64,000 nucleotides of DNA, from the NCBI GenBank assembly GCA_003598025.1, contig QZKH01000009.1, forward strand, positions 896 through 64,895. The letters are read 5' to 3'. Source of the stretch: Candidatus Omnitrophota bacterium. Lineage in GTDB: Bacteria; Omnitrophota; Gorgyraeia; Gygaellales; Profunditerraquicolaceae. How positions within the stretch are numbered: the stretch's first letter is position 1; the number at the start of each line of letters is the position of its first letter. The notes under the pieces were generated by a model. That model was not told the DNA's origin and searched no databases. It saw only the letters and a program-made list of their open reading frames with translations. Position numbers and translations under genes: made by a program. Positions 35,859 to 45,694 of this stretch are shown here, piece after piece.

Positions 35859-36686
35859 ATGATTACAAGCATGACAGGTTTTGGCGCGGCCGAGGCAGAT
35901 ATAGGTTTGCTGGGCAAGGTTAGGATCGAGCTGAGAAGCTCTAACCATAAATTCCTGGAAGTTTCTTTGCACCTCTCTGAAGGGTTTTTAAGCCTGGAAG
36001 ACAAATTTAAAAAAGAAATCGAATCAAAGATAAAAAGAGGGAGGGTTGTATGTGTTATGAACATGCCTGCGCATAAATCCTCGCCTGTTTCAATTAACAA
36101 AGCGCTGTTAAAAAATTATTTGGATGCGATAAGCGAAATAAAATCGCAGTTTAATATCAACGATGAGCTTAGCATAAATACCGTGATCCAGCTTCCTGGC
36201 TTATTTTCATCGGTTCCTTTTGAAGTTCCGGGACAACAGGTTTGGCCCGGGATACAGGTATTGCTGCATAAAGCAATAAACAAGATGCTTAAAGCCCGGC
36301 AGAAAGAAGGAAGGGCCTTAAATATCTTTCTTAAGAAAAGGCTTAATTTTATAGATAATCAAGTCAAGGTAATAAGGGTCAGGTTTATCAAGGTAATGAA
36401 AGATAAGACGAGGCTGGCAAAAAATACTGATGAACAGAGCAGTATTTTAAAAGAGAGCGATATATCCGAAGAGATAGAAAGGCTTTCGTTTCATGTGAAG
36501 AATTTTAAAGATAGGATTGCAAAAAATGGCCCTATGGGTAAAGAGCTGGATTTTATAGCCCAGGAGATGCAGAGGGAAGCCAATACCTTAGGGGCAAAAT
36601 CATGTAGCGTATTGATATCGGCTAAGGTAGTACAGGTTAAGAGCCAGATAGAGAAAATAAGAGAACAGCTACAAAATGTTGAGTAA
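35859..36686 (+). CDS. yicC: YicC family stress-induced protein
   Basis: N-terminal MITSMTGFG and C-terminal DUF1732-like region. Confidence 0.8.
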   Translation: MITSMTGFGAAEADIGLLGKVRIELRSSNHKFLEVSLHLSEGFLSLEDKFKKEIESKIKRGRVVCVMNMPAHKSSPVSINKALLKNYLDAISEIKSQFNINDELSINTVIQLPGLFSSVPFEVPGQQVWPGIQVLLHKAINKMLKARQKEGRALNIFLKKRLNFIDNQVKVIRVRFIKVMKDKTRLAKNTDEQSSILKESDISEEIERLSFHVKNFKDRIAKNGPMGKELDFIAQEMQREANTLGAKSCSVLISAKVVQVKSQIEKIREQLQNVE

Positions 36687-37283
36687 GTGAAAAAAAACAG
36701 CGGTTTAATATTTGTTATCTCCGGGCCATCAGGCTCAGGTAAGACCACCCTTTTAAGCAAGCTTATAAATTCCCCTGGTCTTAAACAAGCACTAAAGAAG
36801 TCCATATCCTTTACAACCAGGCCAAGAAGGTCAAAAGAGAGGAATGGCAGGGATTACTATTTTATTACAGAGCAACAGTTTAGGGATAGATTGAGAAAGA
36901 AAAAAATTCTTGAATGGACCAAATATTTGGGTTATTATTACGCAACACCCAGCGGCATAGTAGATAAGTGTATTAAGGACGGTAAAAATATTGCTTTATG
37001 CCTGGATAAAAAAGGAGCTTTTAAGTTAAAAAAGCTCTATCCCGGCACAATTACTATTTTTGTCATGCCCCCGTCTTTGGTTTCTCTTAGGCAGAGGATC
37101 CGGGGGCGTTGTAATAAAACCAGTAATAAGGAGATATCGGGGCGGTTGAGGTTGGCAGAAAAAGAAATGATGATTGCCAAGAAATACGATTTTTGTATTA
37201 TCAATAAGGATTTAGAACAGGCTTCCAGGGAAGCTACGGGTATAATTTCAAGATTGATAACACTCAATAATATATTAAAATAG
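36687..37283 (+). CDS. gmk: guanylate kinase
   Basis: GPSGSGKTTL P-loop. GTG start. Confidence 0.85.
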   Translation: MKKNSGLIFVISGPSGSGKTTLLSKLINSPGLKQALKKSISFTTRPRRSKERNGRDYYFITEQQFRDRLRKKKILEWTKYLGYYYATPSGIVDKCIKDGKNIALCLDKKGAFKLKKLYPGTITIFVMPPSLVSLRQRIRGRCNKTSNKEISGRLRLAEKEMMIAKKYDFCIINKDLEQASREATGIISRLITLNNILK

Positions 37284-37301
37284 CTTAGGGAGGAGAGTAA
37301 T

Positions 37302-37511
37302 ATGGGTTATGTTGCTTTGGAAAGACTTTTGAATAAAACAGGCAGTTCTATATATAAACTGGTGATCTTAGCTGCAAGAAGAGCTTTAGAGATAGCCGAG
37401 GGGCAGCCTAAGCTGGTAGGCGCCGATCCATCAATGAAGCCATCCAGTATAGCTTTACATGAAATTTCTCAGGGCAAGATTGGTTATAAGACGGCAGCTT
37501 TAGCCAAGTAA
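37302..37511 (+). CDS. rpoZ: DNA-directed RNA polymerase subunit omega
   Basis: 69 aa, YKLVILAARRALEI signature. Confidence 0.8.
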   Translation: MGYVALERLLNKTGSSIYKLVILAARRALEIAEGQPKLVGADPSMKPSSIALHEISQGKIGYKTAALAK

Positions 37512-37517
37512 TTTAAT

Positions 37518-38060
37518 ATGAAAAAGAATATTATTTTAGGGGTGAGTGCAGGAGTGGCTATATATAAATCCTGCGATTTAATAAGGCGTCTGATAGAGGA
37601 GAATTTTTCAGTAACCGTAGTAATGACCGAGGCCGCTGAAGAATTCATTAAGCCCCTGTTATTCCAGAGCCTGTCCGGCAATAAAGTGTACAGAGGCATG
37701 TTCGATGCCCCGGAATCATGGAATATTGAGCATATTTCTCTGGCAGATACCGCTGATTTGGTTTTGATCGCGCCAGCCACAGCTAATATTATAGGCAAAA
37801 TTGCTGCGGGGATATGTGATGATCTTTTGACCTGTGTTGTTGCCGCCACAAAATCAAAAGTTGCCATTTGCCCGGCTATGAATGAGAATATGTACAATAA
37901 TATAATTGTACAAGGGAATATAAATAAATTAAAGAAAGCCGGGTATTATTTTATCGGACCTAAAAAGGGAAAACTTGCCTGCGGAAAAACCGGCTTAGGC
38001 TGTTTGGCAGAAGTTGATTTGATTGTAAAAGAGACAAAGAATTTGCTGGCCGGCAAATAA
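37518..38060 (+). CDS. coaC: phosphopantothenoylcysteine decarboxylase flavoprotein (CoaC domain only)
   Basis: 180 aa, flavoprotein fold GVSAGVAIYK. No CoaB half. Confidence 0.75.
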   Translation: MKKNIILGVSAGVAIYKSCDLIRRLIEENFSVTVVMTEAAEEFIKPLLFQSLSGNKVYRGMFDAPESWNIEHISLADTADLVLIAPATANIIGKIAAGICDDLLTCVVAATKSKVAICPAMNENMYNNIIVQGNINKLKKAGYYFIGPKKGKLACGKTGLGCLAEVDLIVKETKNLLAGK

Positions 38061-38090
38061 AAGCCGGGGTTTTAACCCCGGGTTATACAT
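38061..38090 (+). terminator. intrinsic terminator after coaC
   Basis: CCGGGGTTTTAACCCCGG hairpin followed by a T-rich tract. Confidence 0.5.
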
Positions 38091-38100
38091 TTTTGTTTGC

Positions 38101-38173
38101 GGCGTGGTACCCAAGTGGTTAAGGGAGTTGTCTGCAAAACAACTATTCACCGGTTCGAGTCCGGTCCACGCCT
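38101..38173 (+). tRNA. tRNA-Cys (anticodon GCA)
   Basis: Acceptor GGCGTGG/CCACGCC, anticodon stem GTTGT/ACAAC with loop CTGCAAA, T arm ACCGGTTCGAGTCCGGT. Confidence 0.8.
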
Positions 38174-38239
38174 TGAATTTTGCGCAGCAAAATTCAATTC
38201 TGAGCTCTCTGTTGGTGGGCGAAGGATATTTGCAATTTC

Positions 38240-38322
38240 GGGCAAGTGGTGGAATGGCATACACGTCAGACTTAAAATCTGATGGCCGCAAGGTCGTGAG
38301 GGTCCGACTCCCTCCTTGCCCA
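38240..38322 (+). tRNA. tRNA-Leu (anticodon TAA), long variable arm
   Basis: Acceptor GGGCAAG/CTTGCCC, D region GGTGGAATGGCATACAC similar to bacterial tRNA-Leu, anticodon loop CTTAAAA, 83 nt. The T loop TCCGACT is slightly non-canonical. Confidence 0.7.
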
Positions 38323-38415
38323 AATTAATTTGGCACTCGAGCCAGTGTCAAGAATCGTGGTAAGCGGTTTAGCGAGCTAAGTGTTTAAAAGGATGAGCAA
38401 ATTGAATAAATAACA

Positions 38416-38530
38416 GGGCTCATAGCTCAGCCCCGACGCGCATAAAAGATGGCGGTCGGGGTCCCGACTTCCGACTATCGCTTGCGTTCGATCGGAACGT
38501 CGGGATTGGTTAGATGTGTTCACTATGAGC
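38416..38530 (+). pseudogene. tRNA-Val 5' fragment interrupted by a 75-nt structured insertion
   Basis: GGGCTCATAGCTCAG...TTGGTTAGA duplicates the first 24 nt of the downstream tRNA-Val around a nested-hairpin insert. No anticodon or T arm. Confidence 0.35.
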
Positions 38531-38546
38531 AATAGCGAAAAAATTT

Positions 38547-38620
38547 GGGCTCATAGCTCAGTTGGTTAGAGCGTTGCGTTGACATCGCAAAGGTCAGAGG
38601 TTCAAGTCCTCTTGAGCCCA
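38547..38620 (+). tRNA. tRNA-Val (anticodon GAC)
   Basis: Acceptor GGGCTCA/TGAGCCC, anticodon stem TTGCG/CGCAA with loop TTGACAT, T arm GAGGTTCAAGTCCTC. Confidence 0.85.
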
Positions 38621-38634
38621 TTTTAAACCCAGGA

Positions 38635-39717
38635 TTGTTAGGAGGGTGTATGGCTACAAACTTAGGGCCGATACAGAAATTGCTCGATGACGATTCAATA
38701 TCAGAGATAATGATTAATGGCTACAATAAGGTTTTTGCCGAAAAAAACGGCAAGAAAGTTCTTACCAGCGTAAAATTTTCCAGCGAAGAAGAGCTGTATA
38801 AAATGGTGGACAATATTTATTCTTCTTTGGGCAAAAGGGTAGCCAAAGATGTGCCTTATGCCGATGTTTGCATGGAAGACGGAACGCGTATTAACGCAAT
38901 TATACCTCCGCTTGCAAGGTTCGGGATATCGGTTACTTTCAGAAAATTCGCCGGGAATATTAAGACACTCGAAGATTTGATAAGAAATCAGACTCTTAGC
39001 CAGAAAGCAGCGGATTTGCTGGTTGCTTGTATCAAGGGTAAAATTAACATAATTTTTTCCGGAGGTACGGCAGTAGGAAAAACCACAACCTTACAGATAC
39101 TTTCAAATTATTTCAGCGATGAGGAGAGAGTTATCACCATAGAGGATGCGGCGGAGTTAAAGATTAACCGGGCAAATTACATCTCTTTAGAAACAAGGAC
39201 CCCTGATCAAGACGGCAAAGGAGGGGTCAGTATACGCGACCTTATAAGGAATGCCTTGCGTATGGCACCGGACCGGTTGGTAATAGGGGAAGTAAGGGGG
39301 GAAGAGGCTATAGACATGATCCAAGCCATGGCAACCGGGCATACCGGCACTATTGGCATAGTCCATGGTAACTCTCCCAAAGATGTTATCTCCAGGCTTG
39401 AGACAATGGTTTTAATGTCCGGGATTAATTTGCCTCTATGGGAAGTGAGGAAATTGATAGCTTCGACGATCAACTTGATTGTGCATCAGGAAAGATCTCC
39501 GGATGGCGCAAGAAGAATAACCTACATAACGGAAGTCAGGGGCCTTGACAGGGAAGAGGTTATACTGAACGATCTTTTTACTTTTCATTTCGAAAAAATT
39601 TCTGAAGACGGTAAGGTTATAGGAGTTCTTAAACCTTCAATTAAGTATTACCCGTTGTTCTTTCAGAAATTCCAGAAACTCAACCTGCTTGGCGACCATA
39701 TATTTGTAAAAGACTAA
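38635..39717 (+). CDS. cpaF: CpaF/TadA-type secretion ATPase (type II/IV secretion family), orphan
   Basis: Walker A GGTAVGKTT and the Asp/His boxes of the VirB11/CpaF family. Short N-terminus. No other Tad genes nearby. Confidence 0.75.
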   Translation: MLGGCMATNLGPIQKLLDDDSISEIMINGYNKVFAEKNGKKVLTSVKFSSEEELYKMVDNIYSSLGKRVAKDVPYADVCMEDGTRINAIIPPLARFGISVTFRKFAGNIKTLEDLIRNQTLSQKAADLLVACIKGKINIIFSGGTAVGKTTTLQILSNYFSDEERVITIEDAAELKINRANYISLETRTPDQDGKGGVSIRDLIRNALRMAPDRLVIGEVRGEEAIDMIQAMATGHTGTIGIVHGNSPKDVISRLETMVLMSGINLPLWEVRKLIASTINLIVHQERSPDGARRITYITEVRGLDREEVILNDLFTFHFEKISEDGKVIGVLKPSIKYYPLFFQKFQKLNLLGDHIFVKD

Positions 39718-41435
39718 TGGATATTGATATTTTAAGACATAGCTGTTCTCATGTGCTGGCTCAGGCTGTAAAAGAACTCTGGCCGGAGGCAAAACTTGGT
39801 ATCGGCCCGTCGATAGAAGACGGGTTCTATTACGATTTTGATAAAAAAGAGCCCTTTAGAGATGAGGACCTGCCAGTGATAGAAAAAAAGATGGCAGAGA
39901 TAATAAACAGGAACGAGCCTTTTAATAGAGAGGATCTGACAAAAGAAGAAGCAAAAAAAATATTCCTGTCCAGGCACGAAGATTATAAAATAAAGCTTAT
40001 CGAAGAGATACCCGAAGACAGGGTTTCTATTTATAAGACGGGAAACGGTTTCATAGATTTATGCCGGGGTCCGCATGTTGGTTCAACAGGCCAGATCAAA
40101 GCATTTAAGCTGCTTTCGCTTGCGGGCGCATATTGGCATGGGATCGAAACTAATCCCATGTTGCAGAGGATATACGGAACATGCTTTGAAACAGATACGC
40201 AGTTAGCCGAATACCTGGATAATCTTGAAGAGGCAAAAAAGAGGGACCACAGAAAACTCGGGCCGGCTTTAGGGTTCTTTGATATTTATCAGGAAGATGC
40301 TGGCGCAGGCCTTGTTTTTTATCATCCGAAGGGCGCCTTGCTTAGGATGCTTATAGAGGACTACGAGAAGAAAGAGCATTTAAAACGCGGCTATCAGATT
40401 GTCACTACGCCACATATAATGCAAGCTTCGCTTTGGCAGAAATCCGGGCACTATGATTATTATAAGGATAATATGTATACACTGGATATCGAGGGCAAGG
40501 AGTTCGTTTTAAAACCCATGAATTGCCCGGGACATATCCTTATTTATAAATCAAAAACCAGAAGTTACAGAGATTTGCCTATACGCCTTTTTGAGCTCGG
40601 TACGGTATACAGGCATGAAAAAGCAGGCGTTTTGCACGGCTTACTCAGGGTAAGGGGTTTTACCCAGGATGATGCGCATATATTTTGCAGGCAGGAACAG
40701 TTGAAAGATGAAATAAAAAGCGTGATAGATTTTATTTTTGATACCATGAAAGTTTTTGGCTTTGATTCCGTAGGTATAGAGTTAAGCACCAGGCCAAGTG
40801 AATATATAGGCAGCGAGGATGATTGGCAGAGGGCTACTGTAGCACTTGAGGATTCCCTTAAAGAAAAGGGCCTTAAATATGATATAAATGAAGGAGAAGG
40901 CGCGTTTTACGGACCAAAGATTGACATAAAATTAAAGGATGCGCTTAAAAGATCCTGGCAGTGCGCGACTATCCAATGCGATTTTGCTTTACCAAAGAGA
41001 TTTGACCTGTCTTATATAGATGTTGACGGGAAGGAAAAACAGCCGATAATGTTACATAGGGTGCTTTTAGGAAGCGTAGAGCGTTTTACAGGCGCGCTTC
41101 TGGAGCACTACAAGGGAGATCTGCCTCTTTGGCTGGCTCCTGTGCAGGCGCTGGTTGTCCCGATAAAGGATTCCAATATCGAGTATTGCATGAAGATAAA
41201 AGATGCACTTAATCAGCATTCTATAAGGGCAGATATAGATCCGCGCAATGAAACCCTGGATAAGAAAATACGCTCGGCAGAATTGGATAAAGTGCCGTAT
41301 ATACTTATTGTGGGCTCTAGAGAGGAAAAGCAACAGAGTGTTTCTGTCAGGAAAAGGCTGGAAGGCGATTTAGGCAGCATGCCCCTTAATGTATTTATTG
41401 AGAAAACAAAGAAACAAATCATAGAGCGCAGATAG
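39717..41435 (+). CDS. thrS: threonine--tRNA ligase (lacks N-terminal TGS domain)
   Basis: 572 aa. Starts at the editing-domain HSCSHVLAQA region. Class II catalytic core. Confidence 0.9.
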   Translation: MDIDILRHSCSHVLAQAVKELWPEAKLGIGPSIEDGFYYDFDKKEPFRDEDLPVIEKKMAEIINRNEPFNREDLTKEEAKKIFLSRHEDYKIKLIEEIPEDRVSIYKTGNGFIDLCRGPHVGSTGQIKAFKLLSLAGAYWHGIETNPMLQRIYGTCFETDTQLAEYLDNLEEAKKRDHRKLGPALGFFDIYQEDAGAGLVFYHPKGALLRMLIEDYEKKEHLKRGYQIVTTPHIMQASLWQKSGHYDYYKDNMYTLDIEGKEFVLKPMNCPGHILIYKSKTRSYRDLPIRLFELGTVYRHEKAGVLHGLLRVRGFTQDDAHIFCRQEQLKDEIKSVIDFIFDTMKVFGFDSVGIELSTRPSEYIGSEDDWQRATVALEDSLKEKGLKYDINEGEGAFYGPKIDIKLKDALKRSWQCATIQCDFALPKRFDLSYIDVDGKEKQPIMLHRVLLGSVERFTGALLEHYKGDLPLWLAPVQALVVPIKDSNIEYCMKIKDALNQHSIRADIDPRNETLDKKIRSAELDKVPYILIVGSREEKQQSVSVRKRLEGDLGSMPLNVFIEKTKKQIIERR

Positions 41436-41545
41436 CACAAATATGTTAGAATTAAGTAAAAAATAACAAATAAATCAGGCTTACGGAGCTGAGATCTGAA
41501 ATTTTAGATATTAGTTCTTTAAGCCCGGTTATTAAAAAGAAAGGG

Positions 41546-42061
41546 GTGGTTAAAATAAAAAAATTTATTAGGATTAACGAGCGGATTAGGTCTCCCCAGG
41601 TGCGTCTAATAGGGCCGGATGGCGGTCAGTTAGGGGTGTTGCCGATTCAGAAGGCGATGGAAGCTGCAAACCAGCACGAACTGGATCTGGTAGAAGTCGC
41701 TCCTTCGGCTAACCCGCCGGTCTGCCGTATTATAGATTTTAGCAAGTTTAAGTATGATCAGGAGAAAAAGGAACGCGAAGCCAAGAAACATCATAAACAT
41801 GGCAAGATCAAAGAGATCAGGCTTAAACCTAATATAGATGAACACGACTATCAGACTAAATTAAAGCAGAGCATAACCTTCCTGCAAAGAAAAGATAAAG
41901 TAAAAATCAATCTTTTTTTCAGAGGACGTCAGATGGAGCACATGGACTTAGGAAGAAAAATATTAGACAGGTTTATCAGTGACATGCAGAATGAAGGCCA
42001 GGTAGAGAAAGAGCCGGCCCTTGAGGGAAGGGTTATGTCTTTTGTTATCGCCCCAAAATAA
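41546..42061 (+). CDS. infC: translation initiation factor IF-3
   Basis: RINERIRSPQVRLIG N-terminus. Start likely GTG/AUU-type. Confidence 0.85.
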   Translation: MVKIKKFIRINERIRSPQVRLIGPDGGQLGVLPIQKAMEAANQHELDLVEVAPSANPPVCRIIDFSKFKYDQEKKEREAKKHHKHGKIKEIRLKPNIDEHDYQTKLKQSITFLQRKDKVKINLFFRGRQMEHMDLGRKILDRFISDMQNEGQVEKEPALEGRVMSFVIAPK

Positions 42062-42136
42062 TTTTCATAGGCCGGAGCTTAAATACTTTTCGGCCGTGAA
42101 TGAATAAGTAATACCTTAAGATATAAAGGAGAACAA

Positions 42137-42334
42137 ATGTTAAAGACAAAAAAAGGAGTATCTAAAAGGTTCAGGTTAACTAAAAAAGGTAAGCTGAAAT
42201 TCTCTTCGCAGGGAAAAAGCCACCTTCTTTCAAGCAAAAGCCCGAAAAGATTAAGGAAGCTGCGCAAGGCATCCCAATTTAAGAAGGCCAAAGAGAAGAA
42301 ATTTATCAAGCAAATGCTTCCTTTTGGAAGATAA
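42137..42334 (+). CDS. rpmI: 50S ribosomal protein L35
   Basis: 65 aa, basic. Canonical infC-rpmI-rplT order. Confidence 0.9.
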   Translation: MLKTKKGVSKRFRLTKKGKLKFSSQGKSHLLSSKSPKRLRKLRKASQFKKAKEKKFIKQMLPFGR

Positions 42335-42377
42335 CAGAGTGTAAGCACCAAAAATTTAAGAATGGAGTGAGAAAAAT

Positions 42378-42731
42378 ATGGCAAAAGTCAAACACAGTGT
42401 TGCAACAAGAAGAAGAAAAAAGAGAGTATTGAAGCGGACTAAAGGCTATTGGGGCGACAGGAGCAAGCAATATCAGCAAGCCAGCAGGTCTTTGATGCAC
42501 GCGTTAGTTTATGCATACAGGGACAGGAAAGTAAAGAAAAGAAATTTCCGCAGTCTTTGGATAGCCAGGGTTAACGCAGCATGCCGGCTTTCAGGGATAA
42601 CATACAGCAGGTTTATGGACGGATTAAAAAAAGCAAAGATCAACTTAGACAGAAAAATCCTTGCTGATCTGGCGATTAAAGATATAAAGGCCTTCAAAAA
42701 ATTAGTAGATTTGGCCAAGGGTAAAAAATAA
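42378..42731 (+). CDS. rplT: 50S ribosomal protein L20
   Basis: 117 aa, MAKVKHSVATRRRKKR. Confidence 0.9.
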   Translation: MAKVKHSVATRRRKKRVLKRTKGYWGDRSKQYQQASRSLMHALVYAYRDRKVKKRNFRSLWIARVNAACRLSGITYSRFMDGLKKAKINLDRKILADLAIKDIKAFKKLVDLAKGKK

Positions 42732-42752
42732 CCGATTTACCGAGGGATAGAT

Positions 42753-43400
42753 ATGTATGTAATAATAGTGGGCTGCGGGAGAGTTGGTTCTGAGCTAGGC
42801 AAGCTTTTATCCAGCGAGAAAAACAACGTGGTTCTTATTGACAAAAACCAGGCGTCTTTTGAAAGGCTGGGAGATTCATTTAATGGCCTGACTCTCGTAG
42901 GTAATGGTTTTGATTTAGAGCTTCTGAAACAAGCCGGGATTGAGAAAGCCGATGCTTTTTGCGCGCTTACAAACGGAGACAATACTAATTTAGTCTCTGC
43001 TCAGGTTGCAAAAAAAATATTCCGGGTGCCCAAGGTAATCGCCCGGGTCTATGATCCGCAACGCGCGCATATTTATTCTGCGATCGGCGGCCTGGATATC
43101 ATAAGCGGGACCATACTTTTTGCCGCGATGCTTAGGGATAAAATAGTGGAGAGCCGCTTCTCCAGTTATCTTATCGAAAACAAGGACATCGGCGTGCTTG
43201 AAATCGAAGTAAAGAAAGACCTGATCGGTAAATCCGTAAAAGAGCTGAACATCGCCAAAGAGTTTTTAGTCGTAGCTATAAGGAAGATCGACGGAGTAAT
43301 GATACCCGAGCCCGAGACAATCCTCGGAGAAAAAGATGTATTAATGGCTATAGTAAAGGTTAATAGTTTAAAGAGAATAAAAGACAGATTCAACCTTTGA
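42753..43400 (+). CDS. trkA: Trk system K+ uptake protein TrkA (RCK N and C domains)
   Basis: GCGRVG Rossmann motif plus C-terminal TrkA-C. Confidence 0.8.
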   Translation: MYVIIVGCGRVGSELGKLLSSEKNNVVLIDKNQASFERLGDSFNGLTLVGNGFDLELLKQAGIEKADAFCALTNGDNTNLVSAQVAKKIFRVPKVIARVYDPQRAHIYSAIGGLDIISGTILFAAMLRDKIVESRFSSYLIENKDIGVLEIEVKKDLIGKSVKELNIAKEFLVVAIRKIDGVMIPEPETILGEKDVLMAIVKVNSLKRIKDRFNL

Positions 43401-43416
43401 TAAAAAAGAGAAGAAT

Positions 43417-44079
43417 ATGTATATATTAATAGCCGGAGCAGGCAAGGTTGGTTTTTTCCTGGCAAAGAGATTATGTCAGAATAAGCACACTGTGAGCATA
43501 ATAGACAAAAACAGGCCTATTTGCGAAGAGATCGCAAAAGAGCTGGAAGTTTTGGTTATTAATGGCGACGCCTGTGATCCCAGGATTTTGGAAGAAGCGG
43601 GGATTAAACAGGCAGAAGTTGTTGCGGCGGTTACCGGAGAAGACGAAGATAACCTTATAATCTGCCAAATGGCAAAAGAAAAATTTGGCGTCCAGAGAAC
43701 TGTAGGCAGGGTAAACAACCCGGACAATGAACATACCTTTTCTGAGCTGGGCATAGATATACCCGTAGATTCCACAACTATAATATCAAAAATTATCGAA
43801 GAAGAAGTTTCTTTCTCCGATTTTGTCAATCTTATGAGTTTTAAACGAGGAAAACTGGCTGTTGTCCGCGTAGACCTTCCTGAAGATTCGCCGATAATCA
43901 ATAAACAGATACAAGATATCCACCTCCCCGAAGATTCTGTTTTGGTTTCTATTGTCAGGGGAGAAGAGGTCATTGTCCCGCGCGGAAACACGGTTTTAAA
44001 ACCTGGCGACGATATCATCGCTATCACTTTCATCGGGAACGAACCACAATTACTGAATCTTTTAGTCGGTAAGCTATGA
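43417..44079 (+). CDS. trkA: Trk system K+ uptake protein TrkA, second copy
   Basis: GAGKVG Rossmann motif plus TrkA-C. Confidence 0.8.
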   Translation: MYILIAGAGKVGFFLAKRLCQNKHTVSIIDKNRPICEEIAKELEVLVINGDACDPRILEEAGIKQAEVVAAVTGEDEDNLIICQMAKEKFGVQRTVGRVNNPDNEHTFSELGIDIPVDSTTIISKIIEEEVSFSDFVNLMSFKRGKLAVVRVDLPEDSPIINKQIQDIHLPEDSVLVSIVRGEEVIVPRGNTVLKPGDDIIAITFIGNEPQLLNLLVGKL

Positions 44080-44188
44080 AATTAAAAACGCCTGTTAATG
44101 TCATTTTAGGTATCGCAACGGAAGTCGTGTATTCTTTGTTTATTATGATCGCTGCGTTTTTAATTTGTTTGATATTGACCTTTAAGAT

Positions 44189-45694
44189 ATGATCCTTAGG
44201 CCCCACCTGCAAGACATAAAAGCAATAGGGTATTATTTAGGTAAGATTATCATCGGTCTTGGTTTTCTTATGTTTATCCCGGTATTATTCGGTGTCTATT
44301 TTAGGGAAGCCAACCCCACCCTTGATTTTATTATCGGTGCAGAAATTGCTATTATATTCGGCCTCATCCTGACCAAACTCTGTTTTACAGAAGAAGACTT
44401 AAGTTGGATGCAGGGCATGATCGTGGTTTCGCTGTCATGGCTGGTGGCAGCCCTTTTAGGGGCCGTTCCTTTGTATCTAAGCGGCCACTGGGCTTCTTAT
44501 CTGGATTCCTTCTTTGATGCAATGTCGGGTTTTGCCACCACAGGCCTGGTTTTGGCAAAAGACCTGGATCACCTCTCTATTACTCATACAATTTGGCGCC
44601 ACTTTATGATGTTTATCGGCGGCCAGGGAATAGTAATTATAACCATAGCTTTTTTTGTCAAGGGGCAATCTGCGGCAATGCGGATGTATGTTGGAGAAGG
44701 CAGGGATGAAAAGATTTTGCCTAATGTAGTACATACAGGAAGGTTCATATGGATGGTTAGTACGGTCTACCTGATTCTTGGTACAGCGGTGTTGGCCTTT
44801 ATTTGTTTATTTAACGGCATGAACCTGGAAAGGTCTATTGTGCACGGATTGTGCATTTTTATGGCGGCTTTTGATACCGGAGGATTTACTCCGCAGTCGC
44901 AAAATATATTATACTATCATAGCGGGATTTTTGAGGCGGTTACAATCGTGATAATGTTTCTTGGCGCGATAAATTTCAAGCTGCACTATGATGTCTGGAG
45001 CGGTAACCGCAGAGAGATACTCAGGAATATTGAAACAGTGACTCTTTTTATAACCATTATGGCAACTTTCTTAGTCACCGCAGGCGCACTTAGCCAGCTT
45101 GGCGTATATCCCGATGCAACTTTATTGTTCAGGAAGGGTTTTTACCAGCTTATATCAGCCCATACAGGCACAGGGTACCAGACTTTGTATGCCAAGCAAT
45201 TTATAAACGAATGGGGTAATCTTGCCATGGTGGGGATAGTTTGCGCTATGGCTTTAGGCGGTAGCGTTTGTTCCACCACCGGTGCTATAAAAATGCTTAG
45301 GGTAGGAGTGATATTCAAGGCATTTATCCAGGATGTCAAAAGGTTTATCTTGCCCGATAAGGCCATAATCATCCAGAAATTCCATCATGTAAAAGAGGTT
45401 TATTTGGAGGATGGTTTGGTAAGGTCTGCTTTTTTGATAAGCTTGTCGTATTTAATACTATTTGCTATCGGTTCCTTTGTCGCCATGTTTTTTGGTTACC
45501 CATTTCTTGATTCTTTATTCGAATCTACTTCGGCAGGCGCTAATATAGGATTATCATGCGGCATAACTAATCCAGCCATGCCCGCGGCTTTAAAACTTAC
45601 TTATATATTTCAAATGTGGGCAGGAAGGTTGGAGTTTATGTCAATATTTACTCTCGTAGGTTTTTTTATCGCTTTACTAAGAGGTAAAAAATGA
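44189..45694 (+). CDS. trkH: Trk-type K+ transporter membrane subunit TrkH
   Basis: 501 aa polytopic membrane protein with GFATTG-like selectivity-filter repeats. Confidence 0.85.
   Translation: MILRPHLQDIKAIGYYLGKIIIGLGFLMFIPVLFGVYFREANPTLDFIIGAEIAIIFGLILTKLCFTEEDLSWMQGMIVVSLSWLVAALLGAVPLYLSGHWASYLDSFFDAMSGFATTGLVLAKDLDHLSITHTIWRHFMMFIGGQGIVIITIAFFVKGQSAAMRMYVGEGRDEKILPNVVHTGRFIWMVSTVYLILGTAVLAFICLFNGMNLERSIVHGLCIFMAAFDTGGFTPQSQNILYYHSGIFEAVTIVIMFLGAINFKLHYDVWSGNRREILRNIETVTLFITIMATFLVTAGALSQLGVYPDATLLFRKGFYQLISAHTGTGYQTLYAKQFINEWGNLAMVGIVCAMALGGSVCSTTGAIKMLRVGVIFKAFIQDVKRFILPDKAIIIQKFHHVKEVYLEDGLVRSAFLISLSYLILFAIGSFVAMFFGYPFLDSLFESTSAGANIGLSCGITNPAMPAALKLTYIFQMWAGRLEFMSIFTLVGFFIALLRGKK

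Noticed and set aside
43476-44033. 185-aa minus-strand ORF
   Set aside because: Antisense to the second trkA. Ser/Ile-rich shadow ORF.
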